Assembly: GCA_040755615.1 (NCBI GenBank)
Contig: JBFMAL010000010.1
Coordinates: forward strand, 4,934 to 68,933
Source of the DNA: Bacillota bacterium
GTDB lineage: Bacteria; Bacillota; Sulfobacillia; DUSP01; DYEP01
Direction: 5' to 3'
Length of the DNA: 64,000 nucleotides
Made by a program: the position numbers and the translations under genes. Every line of letters begins with the position of its first letter. The first letter of the stretch is position 1. The notes beneath the pieces are model-generated. The model saw only the letters and a list, made by a program, of their open reading frames with translations. It made no database searches and was not told the origin of the DNA. Shown here one piece after another: positions 34,264 through 43,769 of the stretch.

Positions 34264-35177
34264 CTTTTCGTCCTCTGAAGCAGGCGCAGTGCGTTATCCC
34301 GGAAGATCTTCTTTATGTCGTCTTCTCGGATCCCCAGCCACCTGCACGCCCTGAGCTGGTCCTCAAGGTACCGGCGGGTGAAACCGCGTGGGAACCAGCT
34401 TGAATCCGTGCCGAATATGATGCGGTCGGGCCCTATAGTCTCATAGAACTTTCGAAACAGGTCTTCAAGCGTTAGGGGGTAGGGCATCCATCTCATCCAC
34501 TGGTTGGAGCCTGAGGTATCTACGTAGATATTCGGACAGCTCCAGCAAAGGTGAAGCAGTTCCTGCGGGTAACCGCAGCCAAAATGAGGTATAACGAACG
34601 GTATATCGGGGTACTTATGTGCGACGGGCGCGAGAGTCAGCGGGCTCATCCTCGGGTGGTAGACCACTCCTCCTGCCTTTCTCAGAAGGCCAAAGTGGAT
34701 CAGCACCGGGATGCCCGCCCTTTCAATGTACTGCCAGATTGGGTCGAGAGAGGGGTCTTCAAAGGGTATGTGAAGCCTCGGGCCATGCATCTTAAAACCG
34801 CACAGCCCCAGTTCTTCCACTGCCCGGCGGAGCTCGTCGAGCGCCCCGGGAGAACAGATGTGATGATGGGCAAACCCTCGGAAATACCGGGGGTACTGTC
34901 TAACGGCGTCAGCTAGAGTGTCGTTGCCTCCCCCGGTTACGAACACCACACACTCAAGGTCATTATCGATCACTTGCTGCGCCCATCTTCTTACCGTGGA
35001 CTGTATCTCGTCCGGCGTTTCGGCGAAGGGTTCCGCCTCCGGGAAACACCATTCGCGGGCCATGGCCAAAGAGCGCTCCCGGCTGTACTTCCGAAGGGTC
35101 GGGTGGAGGTTTGCAGGCCAGCTTCCGACTGGCAGGTGAGAGTGAAAGTCCACAATCTTAAAGCCCGCACAGTCCAA
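34260..35177 (-). CDS. Amidohydrolase-2 (TIM-barrel metal-dependent hydrolase) family protein
   Basis: The IVDFHSHLP metal motif. TTG 35177, preceded by GGGGTGAG, avoids a 71-nt overlap with the upstream gene; the ORF-track start is 35264. Confidence 0.65.
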   Translation of the reverse strand: MDCAGFKIVDFHSHLPVGSWPANLHPTLRKYSRERSLAMAREWCFPEAEPFAETPDEIQSTVRRWAQQVIDNDLECVVFVTGGGNDTLADAVRQYPRYFRGFAHHHICSPGALDELRRAVEELGLCGFKMHGPRLHIPFEDPSLDPIWQYIERAGIPVLIHFGLLRKAGGVVYHPRMSPLTLAPVAHKYPDIPFVIPHFGCGYPQELLHLCWSCPNIYVDTSGSNQWMRWMPYPLTLEDLFRKFYETIGPDRIIFGTDSSWFPRGFTRRYLEDQLRACRWLGIREDDIKKIFRDNALRLLQRTKS

Positions 35178-35193
35178 CGAGGTCTCACCCCGG

Positions 35194-35940
35194 TCAGTCG
35201 AGAATGTATATGCGGACGCGCTTTCTTCCCCATGCCAGTGCCTCTTCATGGGTATCGTAGGCAACGTCGATGCGCAACCCCTTTATTGCTGAGCCTACGT
35301 CGCCTGCAATCGCGTAGCCGTACCCTTCGACGTAAACGCGGCTGCCAAGCCGGATAACGCGCGGGTCTACTGCTATAACGCCACGGGTTACCTTAAGTCC
35401 CGTTGCAGTGACGCCGTCGGCCCACTTCCCGTTGCATTTCTCGCAAGGGCAATAGGCGGTGGCCGTCACGTCTAAGGCCCTTGTGTAGCGGAATGTGGCC
35501 CCGTCTCGGGAAAGGCTTCCCGCGGGATGTGCGATACCTACTGCTACCACCTCCGCCTTGGGCGGCACGACTACCTGTCTTCCCACAACGCTTGCGCGCA
35601 CAAATTGGCCGTCCACTACTTTCACGTTATATGTAATCTCCTCAACGCCTGGCTGCCCCGGCTCGACCACTTTCCTCATTCCCCGTTCAAGCCATGGATC
35701 GTCCCTGTACCTGGTATCAAACTCCACGGGGACTAGCCGCGACACCTGGTGTAACTCCTTGACCGGGGAGATGAACGGTTCGTCAGTTAGAAAGGGAAGC
35801 GTTGCGGTGTCCGCTTCTGGTTCAGCAGCCTCTGTATGGCTTGTCCAGTTCTGCCACAACAGGAAAGTGGCAGCGACCATCGATATACACACGACGGCAA
35901 CTACAAGCAACAGCCCGGTTCTTATCGATGATTTCCTCAT
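35194..35940 (-). CDS. Secreted G5-domain + 3D-domain (YabE/RpfB-like) cell-wall protein
   Basis: Signal/anchor helix, a G5-like segment, and a C-terminal 3D domain (TATAYCPCEKCNGKWADGVTATG...GDVGSAIKGLRIDV). ATG 35940 follows GGAGGA. Confidence 0.8.
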   Translation of the reverse strand: MRKSSIRTGLLLVVAVVCISMVAATFLLWQNWTSHTEAAEPEADTATLPFLTDEPFISPVKELHQVSRLVPVEFDTRYRDDPWLERGMRKVVEPGQPGVEEITYNVKVVDGQFVRASVVGRQVVVPPKAEVVAVGIAHPAGSLSRDGATFRYTRALDVTATAYCPCEKCNGKWADGVTATGLKVTRGVIAVDPRVIRLGSRVYVEGYGYAIAGDVGSAIKGLRIDVAYDTHEEALAWGRKRVRIYILD

Positions 35941-36039
35941 ACCACGGTCCTCCGACAAGGAGTGGCCTGACAGCACAAGTATAGCAGGAGCAGGGAAAGA
36001 ATGTCAACCTAACCTGCCCGGCAATCGGGTATTTTAAGC

Positions 36040-36480
36040 CTATGCCTTATGTAATAGGATACATGCTCCCGCTGCAAGAAACACCACTCCGAAGATTTTC
36101 CACCACGCAAAAGGTATGCGCTCAAGGCCAAACAGGCCGAAGTTGTCGATAATGGCCGCTGTGAGCACTTGCCCGACAATTATTGAGGCTGTGGCAGGCG
36201 CCGCGCCAGTTCTGGCTATGCTCGCTGCCACCCCGTAAACGATAGGAACCCCCAGTAGCCCTCCAAGCAGTACATACCACGGGGCCTTTGGTATCCTCAA
36301 GAGATCGCCGTTTCCGAGCCTGCCTGCAAGGAGAAGCACCGTGACCGTCGCGGTGCCTATCCAATGTACCACAAACGTAGTTTCGAGCAAGCCGATGATC
36401 TTGGAGAGGGCGCCGTTCAATCCACCCTGGAGCGCCATGAGGATGCCTGCTGCTGCTGCGAGTCCCAGTGCCAGGAGCAA
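36040..36480 (-). CDS. DMT-superfamily small transporter (YdcZ/DUF606-like)
   Basis: 146 aa with five hydrophobic helices and a glycine-rich pattern typical of the family. Confidence 0.65.
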   Translation of the reverse strand: MLLALGLAAAAGILMALQGGLNGALSKIIGLLETTFVVHWIGTATVTVLLLAGRLGNGDLLRIPKAPWYVLLGGLLGVPIVYGVAASIARTGAAPATASIIVGQVLTAAIIDNFGLFGLERIPFAWWKIFGVVFLAAGACILLHKA

Positions 36481-36653
36481 CTAGTCCACCTCCTCAAATA
36501 CTGTTAAATTATGCGCAACAGTGCGGCGACCTATTCCTCCGGGCCCGGGCATTTGCGCTCCGGCGGCCTTTTCCGAGCACATGGCAGGTATGAAGGATGA
36601 AGAAGCGAAGTATGGAGTGAATACTGGCGGTGAGGAAAGAGGTGTAGGTGTTG

Positions 36654-37637
36654 ATGAAGCCTCCGCTGGTCTTGGTTTTCTCCCCGGACGTTACGGGGGA
36701 GATGCGGCAATCGCTCATAAGTTGCCTGGCTTCCAGTTTCAGCCTCATTACCCGGCAGGTGGACTCCCCGGTGTTTGTCGGAGACGACGTGATACCGGGA
36801 ACCCGGCTGCTGAAGGAACTATGCTTTACATTGGGCCCGTCAGCAATGGAGCCTGACCGACTCAAGAGCCTTCTTATCACCCGACGCCATCTTGTTGACA
36901 GCTGCGGAAACAGGCTGTACGGCTTGTCTGAGCTGGGGGGCAACGTTGGGGTCGTGAGTATTGCCGGACTTGATTCCAAGGAGGCCTGCGCTGAGTCTTG
37001 GCACGAAGTAGGGCACCTGTGGGGTCTTGACCACTGCCAGGATCCTGCCTGCGCCATGGCTTTTTCCTCGGGTGAAGCGGGACTGTTGCAGAAAGCCGGC
37101 GGCCTTTGCAGAGCGTGTATGAACGAGCTGGAATTCTTCATGGAGCCGGAGGGCGCGCTCGGAGTGAGCAAGTGTCTGCTTGGAGAGAATTGCAGGTTTG
37201 ACGGGAAGAACTGCAAGGACCCGGACGTACTGAAGTACGTTCGGGGCAAGAAAGTGGTAGGCATCTGTCCCGAGGAAATGGGAGGGCTGTCAACCCCCAG
37301 GGAGCGGTCAGAAATTGTTTCGGAATATCCGGTACGGGTAGAGACTGCGACAGGGAAAGACGTGACGGAGGCGTTCAAACAGGGTGCGTTGGCTGCGCTG
37401 GACACGCTCATTAATGCGGGCGTAAGACGCTGCATCCTGAAGGAAGGCAGCCCGTCCTGCGGCAGCCGATTGATTCATTCAGGGAAGTTTGACGGAAAAC
37501 GTATACCTGGCAGAGGGCTGACGACAAGGCTTCTTGATGAGCATGGGGTTAGAGTTGTGAGCGAAGAGGCGGTTCGGAGGAGGGGTTACGTTGGCATCGA
37601 ACAGGCAGAAGATAAGCGACCTGAAGATCGGGGATAA
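36654..37637 (+). CDS. Fusion ORF: archaemetzincin (peptidase M54) domain + DUF523 (TudS-like Fe-S) domain
   Basis: HEVGHLWGLDHCQDPACAM...CRAC matches the archaemetzincin HExxHxxGxxHC...CxM...CxxC signature. The C-terminal half (SKCLLGENCRFDGKNC...GICPEEMGGL...KEGSPSCGS) matches DUF523. Confidence 0.75.
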   Translation: MKPPLVLVFSPDVTGEMRQSLISCLASSFSLITRQVDSPVFVGDDVIPGTRLLKELCFTLGPSAMEPDRLKSLLITRRHLVDSCGNRLYGLSELGGNVGVVSIAGLDSKEACAESWHEVGHLWGLDHCQDPACAMAFSSGEAGLLQKAGGLCRACMNELEFFMEPEGALGVSKCLLGENCRFDGKNCKDPDVLKYVRGKKVVGICPEEMGGLSTPRERSEIVSEYPVRVETATGKDVTEAFKQGALAALDTLINAGVRRCILKEGSPSCGSRLIHSGKFDGKRIPGRGLTTRLLDEHGVRVVSEEAVRRRGYVGIEQAEDKRPEDRG

Positions 37638-38586
37638 AGTCCGATCAGTTTTTGCCGTAAGCCAGATCAATCTTGCCCCGTACAATACACCGAGTCGTGC
37701 GGGAGAGTATTATCTACGGTTGGTGCTGGTGGACGCTTCGGGGTCCCTTGAAGCGAGGCTCTGGGATGGCGCGCAGGAGGCATACAGACAGTTGTCCGTA
37801 GATGACTACGTGTATGTCGAGGGGCAGGTCGTGGGATTTCGGGGATTGCAGCTGAACATATCTTCGTTCAGGAAGCAGGCACCGGAGGAAGTCGATCTGG
37901 CGGAGTTTCAACCGTGTTCGTCAGTGCCTGCAGACGCACTTTTGCACGATTTTCTGACTTGCGTGGAGTCCGTAGCGGATCCTCACCTGGCTGCATTGCT
38001 TGGGGCGTTCGCTAATGACGATTCCTTCAGGAACCTTCTCCTCCGGGCACCCGGCGGCAGACTTGTACACCATGCGTACTCGGGGGGCTTGCTTGAGCAT
38101 ACGCTCGAAGTGGTGAGCATTGCGCGGGCTCTCTGCCGGCTGTACCCATCCATCGCTGACCCCGATCTACTTTTGACCTGCGCTCTTTTGCACGATATAG
38201 GGAAGGTCAAGGAGTATAACGTATTCTCACCCTCCTTTAACCCGACAGACGCCGGTCGCCTGCTCGGCCACATCGTATTGGGCCACAGCATGGTAGTGGA
38301 GAAGATTGAGGCGATAGCCGGATTTCCGCCCGTTCTCAAAATGGAAGTGGAACACGCAATCCTGACCCACCATGGTCAGAGGGAGTGGGGTTCCCCGGAA
38401 GTACCCAAGACCGCCACTGCTTTCTTGGTGTTTCACGCGGACCTCGTCAGTGCCCGCTGCAACCAATTTTCTGCCCTGGTTTCAGGGCATGTGTCAGACA
38501 GCCCCTGGACCCACTATGACAAATACCTGGAAAGGCATGTATTCATTCCATCGCTGGTAAAAGGGTTTGATAATTGGGAGGATTGA
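37591..38586 (+). CDS. yhaM: OB-fold + HD-domain 3'-5' exoribonuclease, YhaM-like
   Basis: N-terminal OB segment (YLRLVLVDASGSLEARLWDG) and HD-domain motifs (HHAYSGGLLEHT, ALLHDIGK, HHG). TTG start after GGAGGAGG. Confidence 0.7.
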   Translation: MASNRQKISDLKIGDKVRSVFAVSQINLAPYNTPSRAGEYYLRLVLVDASGSLEARLWDGAQEAYRQLSVDDYVYVEGQVVGFRGLQLNISSFRKQAPEEVDLAEFQPCSSVPADALLHDFLTCVESVADPHLAALLGAFANDDSFRNLLLRAPGGRLVHHAYSGGLLEHTLEVVSIARALCRLYPSIADPDLLLTCALLHDIGKVKEYNVFSPSFNPTDAGRLLGHIVLGHSMVVEKIEAIAGFPPVLKMEVEHAILTHHGQREWGSPEVPKTATAFLVFHADLVSARCNQFSALVSGHVSDSPWTHYDKYLERHVFIPSLVKGFDNWED

Positions 38587-38752
38587 CTGCTTAAGGGAAT
38601 GAAGGAATCTAACGGTTACAGGTAGAATACACACAAGTACTGTTGGGCTTTGGCCGGTAAGCTCCCCGGTTGCTTGCTGCGCCCGGGGAGGAATAGCCGA
38701 CAAAAGAACCCGGTCGAAAGGCCCAAAAAACAAACAAGGGGGTAAAGACTGA

Positions 38753-40387
38753 ATGTTCAGCCGCAAGTGGATCCTTCCAGTGGTACTGATGGTCACCCTG
38801 GCAATGCTGCTGAGCGCCTGCGGGCAGAAGCCTGCAACGCCGCCGCCGCCGGAAAAGCCGGCAGAAGTTGCGGAAGAGAAGAAGCCGTCGGGAATAGTCA
38901 GGGTGGGCTCCATCGGTGACGCCCAGAACCTGATTCCCATCCTCGTGACTGACTCGGCCTCTGCAGACATAGTATCCTGGCTGTTTTCGCCTCTCTTGAC
39001 GACACACAGCAAGACCCTGGAACCCACTCCTGAAATTGCAGAGAAGTGGGATATCTCTCCCGACAATTTGGTCTACACGTTTTATCTGAACAAGAATGCC
39101 AAATGGTCTGATGGGAAACCCATCACCACAAAAGACGTGGCGTTCACCATTGAGGCGATCTGCCATCCTGAGTCTCCGAGCGACTGGTTCTCTGACTTCT
39201 CCCGGATCAAGGGAGCGAGAGCCTTCAAGGATGGTAAGGCTGACAAGATTGAAGGTCTTAAGATCATTGATGATCATACCATCGAGGTCACACTCGAGGA
39301 GGTCTACGCTCCGTTCATCCTGAGCATGGCCTTTGCGCCCATGCCTGCTCACGTGTATGAAGGCGCGTCGATCAAGGACCTGAAGACCCACCCGCAGAAC
39401 TCCAAGCCGACAGTGACAAGCGGACCGTTTGTGCTTGAGGAGTGGGCGAGGGACCAGTATATCATGGTCAAGGCCAACCCCAACTTCTGGGGAGAAGGAC
39501 CGGGCCTCGAGAGAATCATCTACCGCATCATCCCCGATCAGACTGCGGAGGTCATCGAGCTTCGTACGGGAGGCCTGGACCTGATCCCCACTGCAGTGAA
39601 GATCGAGGAAGTACCTGAACTGCAGAAAAGCCCGTTCCTTGAGGTCGTTACCAACCAGCGCCTCGTATATGACTATATAGGTTTCAACATGAAGAAAGAA
39701 GGCCCGCTCAAGGATAAGAGAGTCCGTCAGGCGCTTACCATGGTGTTCGATCCGACGCCGCTCGTCAGGGACGTGCTGAAGGGCTACGGGGTTGTGGTCA
39801 ACGGGCCGCTTCCTCCGCTGTCCTGGGCGTTTGATCCCGACCTAAAGAGGTTGCAGGGAACCGTTGAAGAGGCCAAGGCGCTGCTCGCCCAGGCCGGATA
39901 CCCGAACGGCTTTAAGATGACCCTCTTCACCAACGAGGGGAACGAAGTGCGCGAGAACGCAGGCCTGCTCTTTAAAGAGGCTGTGGCGAAGCTCGGAGTC
40001 GAGGTGGAATTCCAGCCGATGGAATGGGGCGCATTCCTCCAGTTACTGATGGCGCCGGAGCCCACCTATGATGCTATGGTTCTCGGCGTTGGAACAGGCG
40101 TAGACCCCGACCTGGAGTATTCCTGGCACAGCAAGAGCGCGGGCAACAGGTACGGCTACTCCAACCCCGAGGTTGATGCACTCATTGAGGAAGGTCTGCG
40201 TGTGACTGATCTGGCCAAACGTAAGGAGATCTATCAAAAGGCGCAAAGAATCCTTGTCGACGACGCACCGTTCATCTTCCTGTATGTACGCGAAGCGTTG
40301 CACGCAAAGAACAAGAACTTCCAGGGGTTTGACCCGCACCCCAGCACACCCATGTACAGGGTTGACAGGTGGCACAGAGTCGACTGA
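38753..40387 (+). CDS. ABC transporter substrate-binding lipoprotein, family 5 (peptide/nickel/opine type)
   Basis: Lipobox LLSACG and typical family-5 segments (KWSDGKPITTKDV, NPNFWGE). Confidence 0.85.
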   Translation: MFSRKWILPVVLMVTLAMLLSACGQKPATPPPPEKPAEVAEEKKPSGIVRVGSIGDAQNLIPILVTDSASADIVSWLFSPLLTTHSKTLEPTPEIAEKWDISPDNLVYTFYLNKNAKWSDGKPITTKDVAFTIEAICHPESPSDWFSDFSRIKGARAFKDGKADKIEGLKIIDDHTIEVTLEEVYAPFILSMAFAPMPAHVYEGASIKDLKTHPQNSKPTVTSGPFVLEEWARDQYIMVKANPNFWGEGPGLERIIYRIIPDQTAEVIELRTGGLDLIPTAVKIEEVPELQKSPFLEVVTNQRLVYDYIGFNMKKEGPLKDKRVRQALTMVFDPTPLVRDVLKGYGVVVNGPLPPLSWAFDPDLKRLQGTVEEAKALLAQAGYPNGFKMTLFTNEGNEVRENAGLLFKEAVAKLGVEVEFQPMEWGAFLQLLMAPEPTYDAMVLGVGTGVDPDLEYSWHSKSAGNRYGYSNPEVDALIEEGLRVTDLAKRKEIYQKAQRILVDDAPFIFLYVREALHAKNKNFQGFDPHPSTPMYRVDRWHRVD

Positions 40388-40401
40388 GCGAAAATTAAAA
40401 C

Positions 40402-40443
40402 GGGTTTGTGTGGCTCATCTAGGGGCCACACAAACCCATTTTG
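40402..40443 (+). terminator. Strong hairpin with U-tract between the binding-protein and permease genes (intra-operon attenuator)
   Basis: Perfect 13-bp stem GGGTTTGTGTGGC/GCCACACAAACCC followed by ATTTTG. Confidence 0.75.
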
Positions 40444-40467
40444 CTGTTCAGCCGGCCATGGCAAATA

Positions 40468-41445
40468 ATGGCAAAGAGGGAGTGGCGGCTCTTGAGGAAG
40501 TATCTTGTGCGCCGTGTGCTGCAGGCTCTACCCATACTGTTAGGCATTACCCTCATTTCCTTTTTCATTATTCACCTCGCACCGGGCGATCCTCTAGCCA
40601 TGGATATCGAAGGTACAAAGATCAGCCCGGAAGCCATACAGATACGTCGGGAGCAGATGAACCTCGACAAGCCTATTCCCGTACAGTACTGGATCTGGGT
40701 CAAAGGCTTAGTAAGAGGTGATTTCGGCTGGTCGTTTCAAGACGGCCGGCCCATTGTGGAGCATCTGAAGGAGCGCATACCCATCACCCTTCTTATTATG
40801 GGGATTCCTATGCTTATAGCGGTTTTGGTTTCAATACCGCTAGGTATTATCTCTGCCACGCGGCAATATTCTCTCGCGGACCAGTGTGCTACGGTCTTTG
40901 CTTTCCTTGGCATCTCCATTCCGAACTTTTGGTTCGGCATAGTCCTCATGATGATCTTCTCATTGTGGCTCGGATGGTTACCCGCGACCGGGCTTAAGAC
41001 CATCGGGGCGCCCTTTTCCATTGCTGACCGGGCCAAATACCTAATTATGCCTACAATAGTCCTGGCAACCGGCCAGATGGCGAGCTTGGTCCGGTATGTC
41101 CGGTCCAGCATGCTGGAAGTCATCCGGCAGGATTACGTTAGGACAGCGCGGGCCAAGGGCGTGTCCGAACGGCTCGTCATATACAAGCACGCGCTCAAGA
41201 ATGCTATGATTCCTGTTGTGACCATCCTTGCGCTGATGATGCCAGGACTCCTGGGCGGCGCCCTGATGACAGAAAACGTGTTTGCACTTCCGGGGATGGG
41301 GAGATGGACGGTTCGGGCGGTGTTTTATCGCGACTACCCGGCCGTCATGGCGTCGCTTACCGTAAGCTCTGTTATGATTGTTGCGTTTAACCTAATTGCA
41401 GATATTCTCTACGGGTTTCTCGACCCCAGGATAAAGTACGACTGA
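40468..41445 (+). CDS. ABC transporter permease (DppB/OppB-like)
   Basis: BPD-transport EAA-type loop (YVRTARAKGVSERLVIYKHALKNA). The start is ATG 40468 or TTG 40492. TTG 40441 lies within the terminator tail. Confidence 0.85.
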   Translation: MAKREWRLLRKYLVRRVLQALPILLGITLISFFIIHLAPGDPLAMDIEGTKISPEAIQIRREQMNLDKPIPVQYWIWVKGLVRGDFGWSFQDGRPIVEHLKERIPITLLIMGIPMLIAVLVSIPLGIISATRQYSLADQCATVFAFLGISIPNFWFGIVLMMIFSLWLGWLPATGLKTIGAPFSIADRAKYLIMPTIVLATGQMASLVRYVRSSMLEVIRQDYVRTARAKGVSERLVIYKHALKNAMIPVVTILALMMPGLLGGALMTENVFALPGMGRWTVRAVFYRDYPAVMASLTVSSVMIVAFNLIADILYGFLDPRIKYD

Positions 41446-41464
41446 TAAGTCTCGGCGGGAAGGA

Positions 41465-42373
41465 GTGAGTGCGTTGACGGAGAAACAAAAGTCTGCCTCA
41501 AGAAACGTGGGGTATGAGCAGACCGTAGAGATAGAGTCCTTTTTGAAGATCGTCATACGAAGGTTCAAGAAGAACAGGCTGGCGATGCTCGGAGCCGTAG
41601 TAGTCATTTTCCTTTACCTGGTGGCAGTGTTTGCGCCTTTTATCGCCACACACGACCCGAACGCGACGAATACCATTATGAGGCTGAAACCTCCGAGCAG
41701 GGAGAACTACTTTGGCACAGACAGGCTTGGACGGGATGTATTCAGCAGGGTGGTGTATGGCTCGCGCATTTCTCTATCAGTGGGGCTTGTTGCTGTGGGC
41801 ATTGCCGTCACCATCGGTACGCTCATAGGGTCTGTCTCCGGTTATTATGGCGGTACGGTGGACAACGTGCTCATGAGGTTCACTGACATTATGATGTCCA
41901 TCCCCACGCTGTTCCTTGTCATCACCATAGTCGCAATGTTCGGCGGAAACATTTGGTATACCATGCTTGCCATAGGCCTTACGGGCTGGACGGGCGTGGC
42001 GCGCCTGGTCCGTGGGTCCTTTCTCTCGCTGAAGGAGCAGGAGTTTGCAGAGGCATGCAGGGCGATCGGTGCCAGCGACTTCCGAATCATGTTCCGGCAC
42101 CTTCTTCCCAACGCCATGGCGCCCATCATAGTAGCGGCTACACTGGGTGTGGCCAGCGCCATCCTGACGGAGACTTCTCTCAGCTACCTGGGCCTTGGAG
42201 TGCAGCCACCCACACCCACATGGGGGAACATTCTACGCGAGGGTTACCAGTACATCAAGTACGCGTGGTGGTACGGCACGTTTCCGGGTATTGCCATCTT
42301 CATCACTATGATGGCCTTTAACATGCTGGGCGACGGACTCAGGGATGCGCTTGATCCAAGATTGAAGGAATAA
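41465..42373 (+). CDS. ABC transporter permease (DppC/OppC-like)
   Basis: N-terminal OppC-type extension and the conserved loop (EACRAIGASDFRIMFRHLLPN). Confidence 0.85.
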   Translation: MSALTEKQKSASRNVGYEQTVEIESFLKIVIRRFKKNRLAMLGAVVVIFLYLVAVFAPFIATHDPNATNTIMRLKPPSRENYFGTDRLGRDVFSRVVYGSRISLSVGLVAVGIAVTIGTLIGSVSGYYGGTVDNVLMRFTDIMMSIPTLFLVITIVAMFGGNIWYTMLAIGLTGWTGVARLVRGSFLSLKEQEFAEACRAIGASDFRIMFRHLLPNAMAPIIVAATLGVASAILTETSLSYLGLGVQPPTPTWGNILREGYQYIKYAWWYGTFPGIAIFITMMAFNMLGDGLRDALDPRLKE

Positions 42374-42402
42374 TTACACAGAAGCTAGCATTGCGTTATT
42401 CA

Positions 42403-42434
42403 ACGGCCCTCGACCAATGGGCCGTTTAAATTTT
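42403..42434 (+). terminator. Intrinsic terminator after the permease genes
   Basis: ACGGCCC-N9-GGGCCGT followed by TTAAATTTT. Confidence 0.6.
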
Positions 42435-42463
42435 GCGACTTCTCCCTGTGCGGCAACTTTTGC

Positions 42464-42492
42464 TTGCATATTCATACAGTCACGCTTATAAT
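42464..42492 (+). promoter_or_regulatory. SigA-type promoter for argGH (TTGCAT-N17-TATAAT)
   Basis: Near-consensus hexamers with 17-nt spacing, about 43 nt upstream of the argG ATG. Confidence 0.6.
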
Positions 42493-42534
42493 ATGTACTA
42501 TCACTGATCCAACACATAAAGAGGAGGCCGCATC

Positions 42535-43767
42535 ATGGGTAAGGTCGTCTTAGCGTATTCGGGAGGACTTGATACGTCTGTCTGTATTAAGTGGCTCGAG
42601 GACAAGTACGGGATGGAAGTCATCGCGCTCACCGCGGATGTTGGTGAGGGCAAAGACCTCGAGCTGATCAGGCAGAAAGCGCTGCAGGTGGGCGCCACCA
42701 GGTGCCACGTTGTAGACGCCAAGGCCGACCTGGCGAAGAACTACATCGCTCCCAGCCTCAAGGCCAATGCGCTCTACCAGAATGTGTATCCGCTGGCTTC
42801 AGCTCTGTCAAGGCCCCTGATCTCCAGACTCCTCGTCCAGGTGGCTGAAATGGAAGGCGCCTCCGCCGTCGCCCACGGGTGCACAGGCAAGGGTAACGAC
42901 CAGGTGCGATTTGACGTTTCGGTATCAGCGCTCAACCCAAGGCTGAAGGTGATTGCTCCCGTGCGGGAATGGCCCATGTCCAGGGAGGAAGAGATAGAGT
43001 ATGCTCGTGAGAAGGGAATTCCTGTGCCCGTCGGCAAGAAGAATCCATACAGCATTGACGAAAATCTATGGGGCCGGAGTATAGAGTGCGGCGTCCTGGA
43101 GGACCCGTGGATGGAGCCTCCATCCGAGGTGTATAAGTGGACTGTGGACGTGGATAAGGCACCGAATACTCCAGAGTATGTCGAGATCGGATTTGAGAAA
43201 GGGCTGCCCGTCAGCTTAAACGGCGAGCCCTACGACCTGGTGGAACTCATCTCTGAGCTGCAGGCCATCGGCGGAGCACACGGCGTAGGGCGTATCGACC
43301 ACATCGAAGACCGCCTGGTTGGGATAAAGTCCAGGGAAGTCTATGAGGCTCCGGCCGCCACCATTCTCATTAATGCGCACAGACAGCTGGAGAATTTCAC
43401 GCTGCCGAGAGAGGTACTTCAGTTCAAGCCTGCGGTGGAGCAGAAATTCTCGGAGCTCGTCTATTTTGGCCTATGGTATTCCCCGTTGAAGCAGGCCATT
43501 GACGCGTTCATTGACTCTACACAGCAGGTCGTGACGGGTACCATCCGGGTAAAGCTCTTCAAGGGCACGTGCACGGTAGTGGGCCGCAAGTCGCCGCATG
43601 CGATGTACGACCTGTCGCTAGCCACTTACGACAAGCACGATGTGTTCGATCACAAGGCGGCAAAAGGGTTCATTGACCTGTGGGGGCTCCCCACGAAGGT
43701 GTTCGCTTCGATCCATGACAACAAGGGAAAAATGAGTCAGGAGATGCAGATCGCGGGAGGTAAATAG
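42535..43767 (+). CDS. argG: Argininosuccinate synthase
   Basis: [16 protein letters not shown]-PPase motif and [13 protein letters not shown]. Confidence 0.95.
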   Translation: MGKVVLAYSGGLDTSVCIKWLEDKYGMEVIALTADVGEGKDLELIRQKALQVGATRCHVVDAKADLAKNYIAPSLKANALYQNVYPLASALSRPLISRLLVQVAEMEGASAVAHGCTGKGNDQVRFDVSVSALNPRLKVIAPVREWPMSREEEIEYAREKGIPVPVGKKNPYSIDENLWGRSIECGVLEDPWMEPPSEVYKWTVDVDKAPNTPEYVEIGFEKGLPVSLNGEPYDLVELISELQAIGGAHGVGRIDHIEDRLVGIKSREVYEAPAATILINAHRQLENFTLPREVLQFKPAVEQKFSELVYFGLWYSPLKQAIDAFIDSTQQVVTGTIRVKLFKGTCTVVGRKSPHAMYDLSLATYDKHDVFDHKAAKGFIDLWGLPTKVFASIHDNKGKMSQEMQIAGGK

Positions 43768-43769
43768 AG

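Noticed and set aside
36509-37435. 308-aa minus-strand ORF.
   Set aside because: It lies antisense to the archaemetzincin-DUF523 ORF, which carries clear family motifs. The product is Ser/Pro/Arg-rich with low complexity, as expected for an antisense frame of GC-rich coding DNA. No RBS is present.
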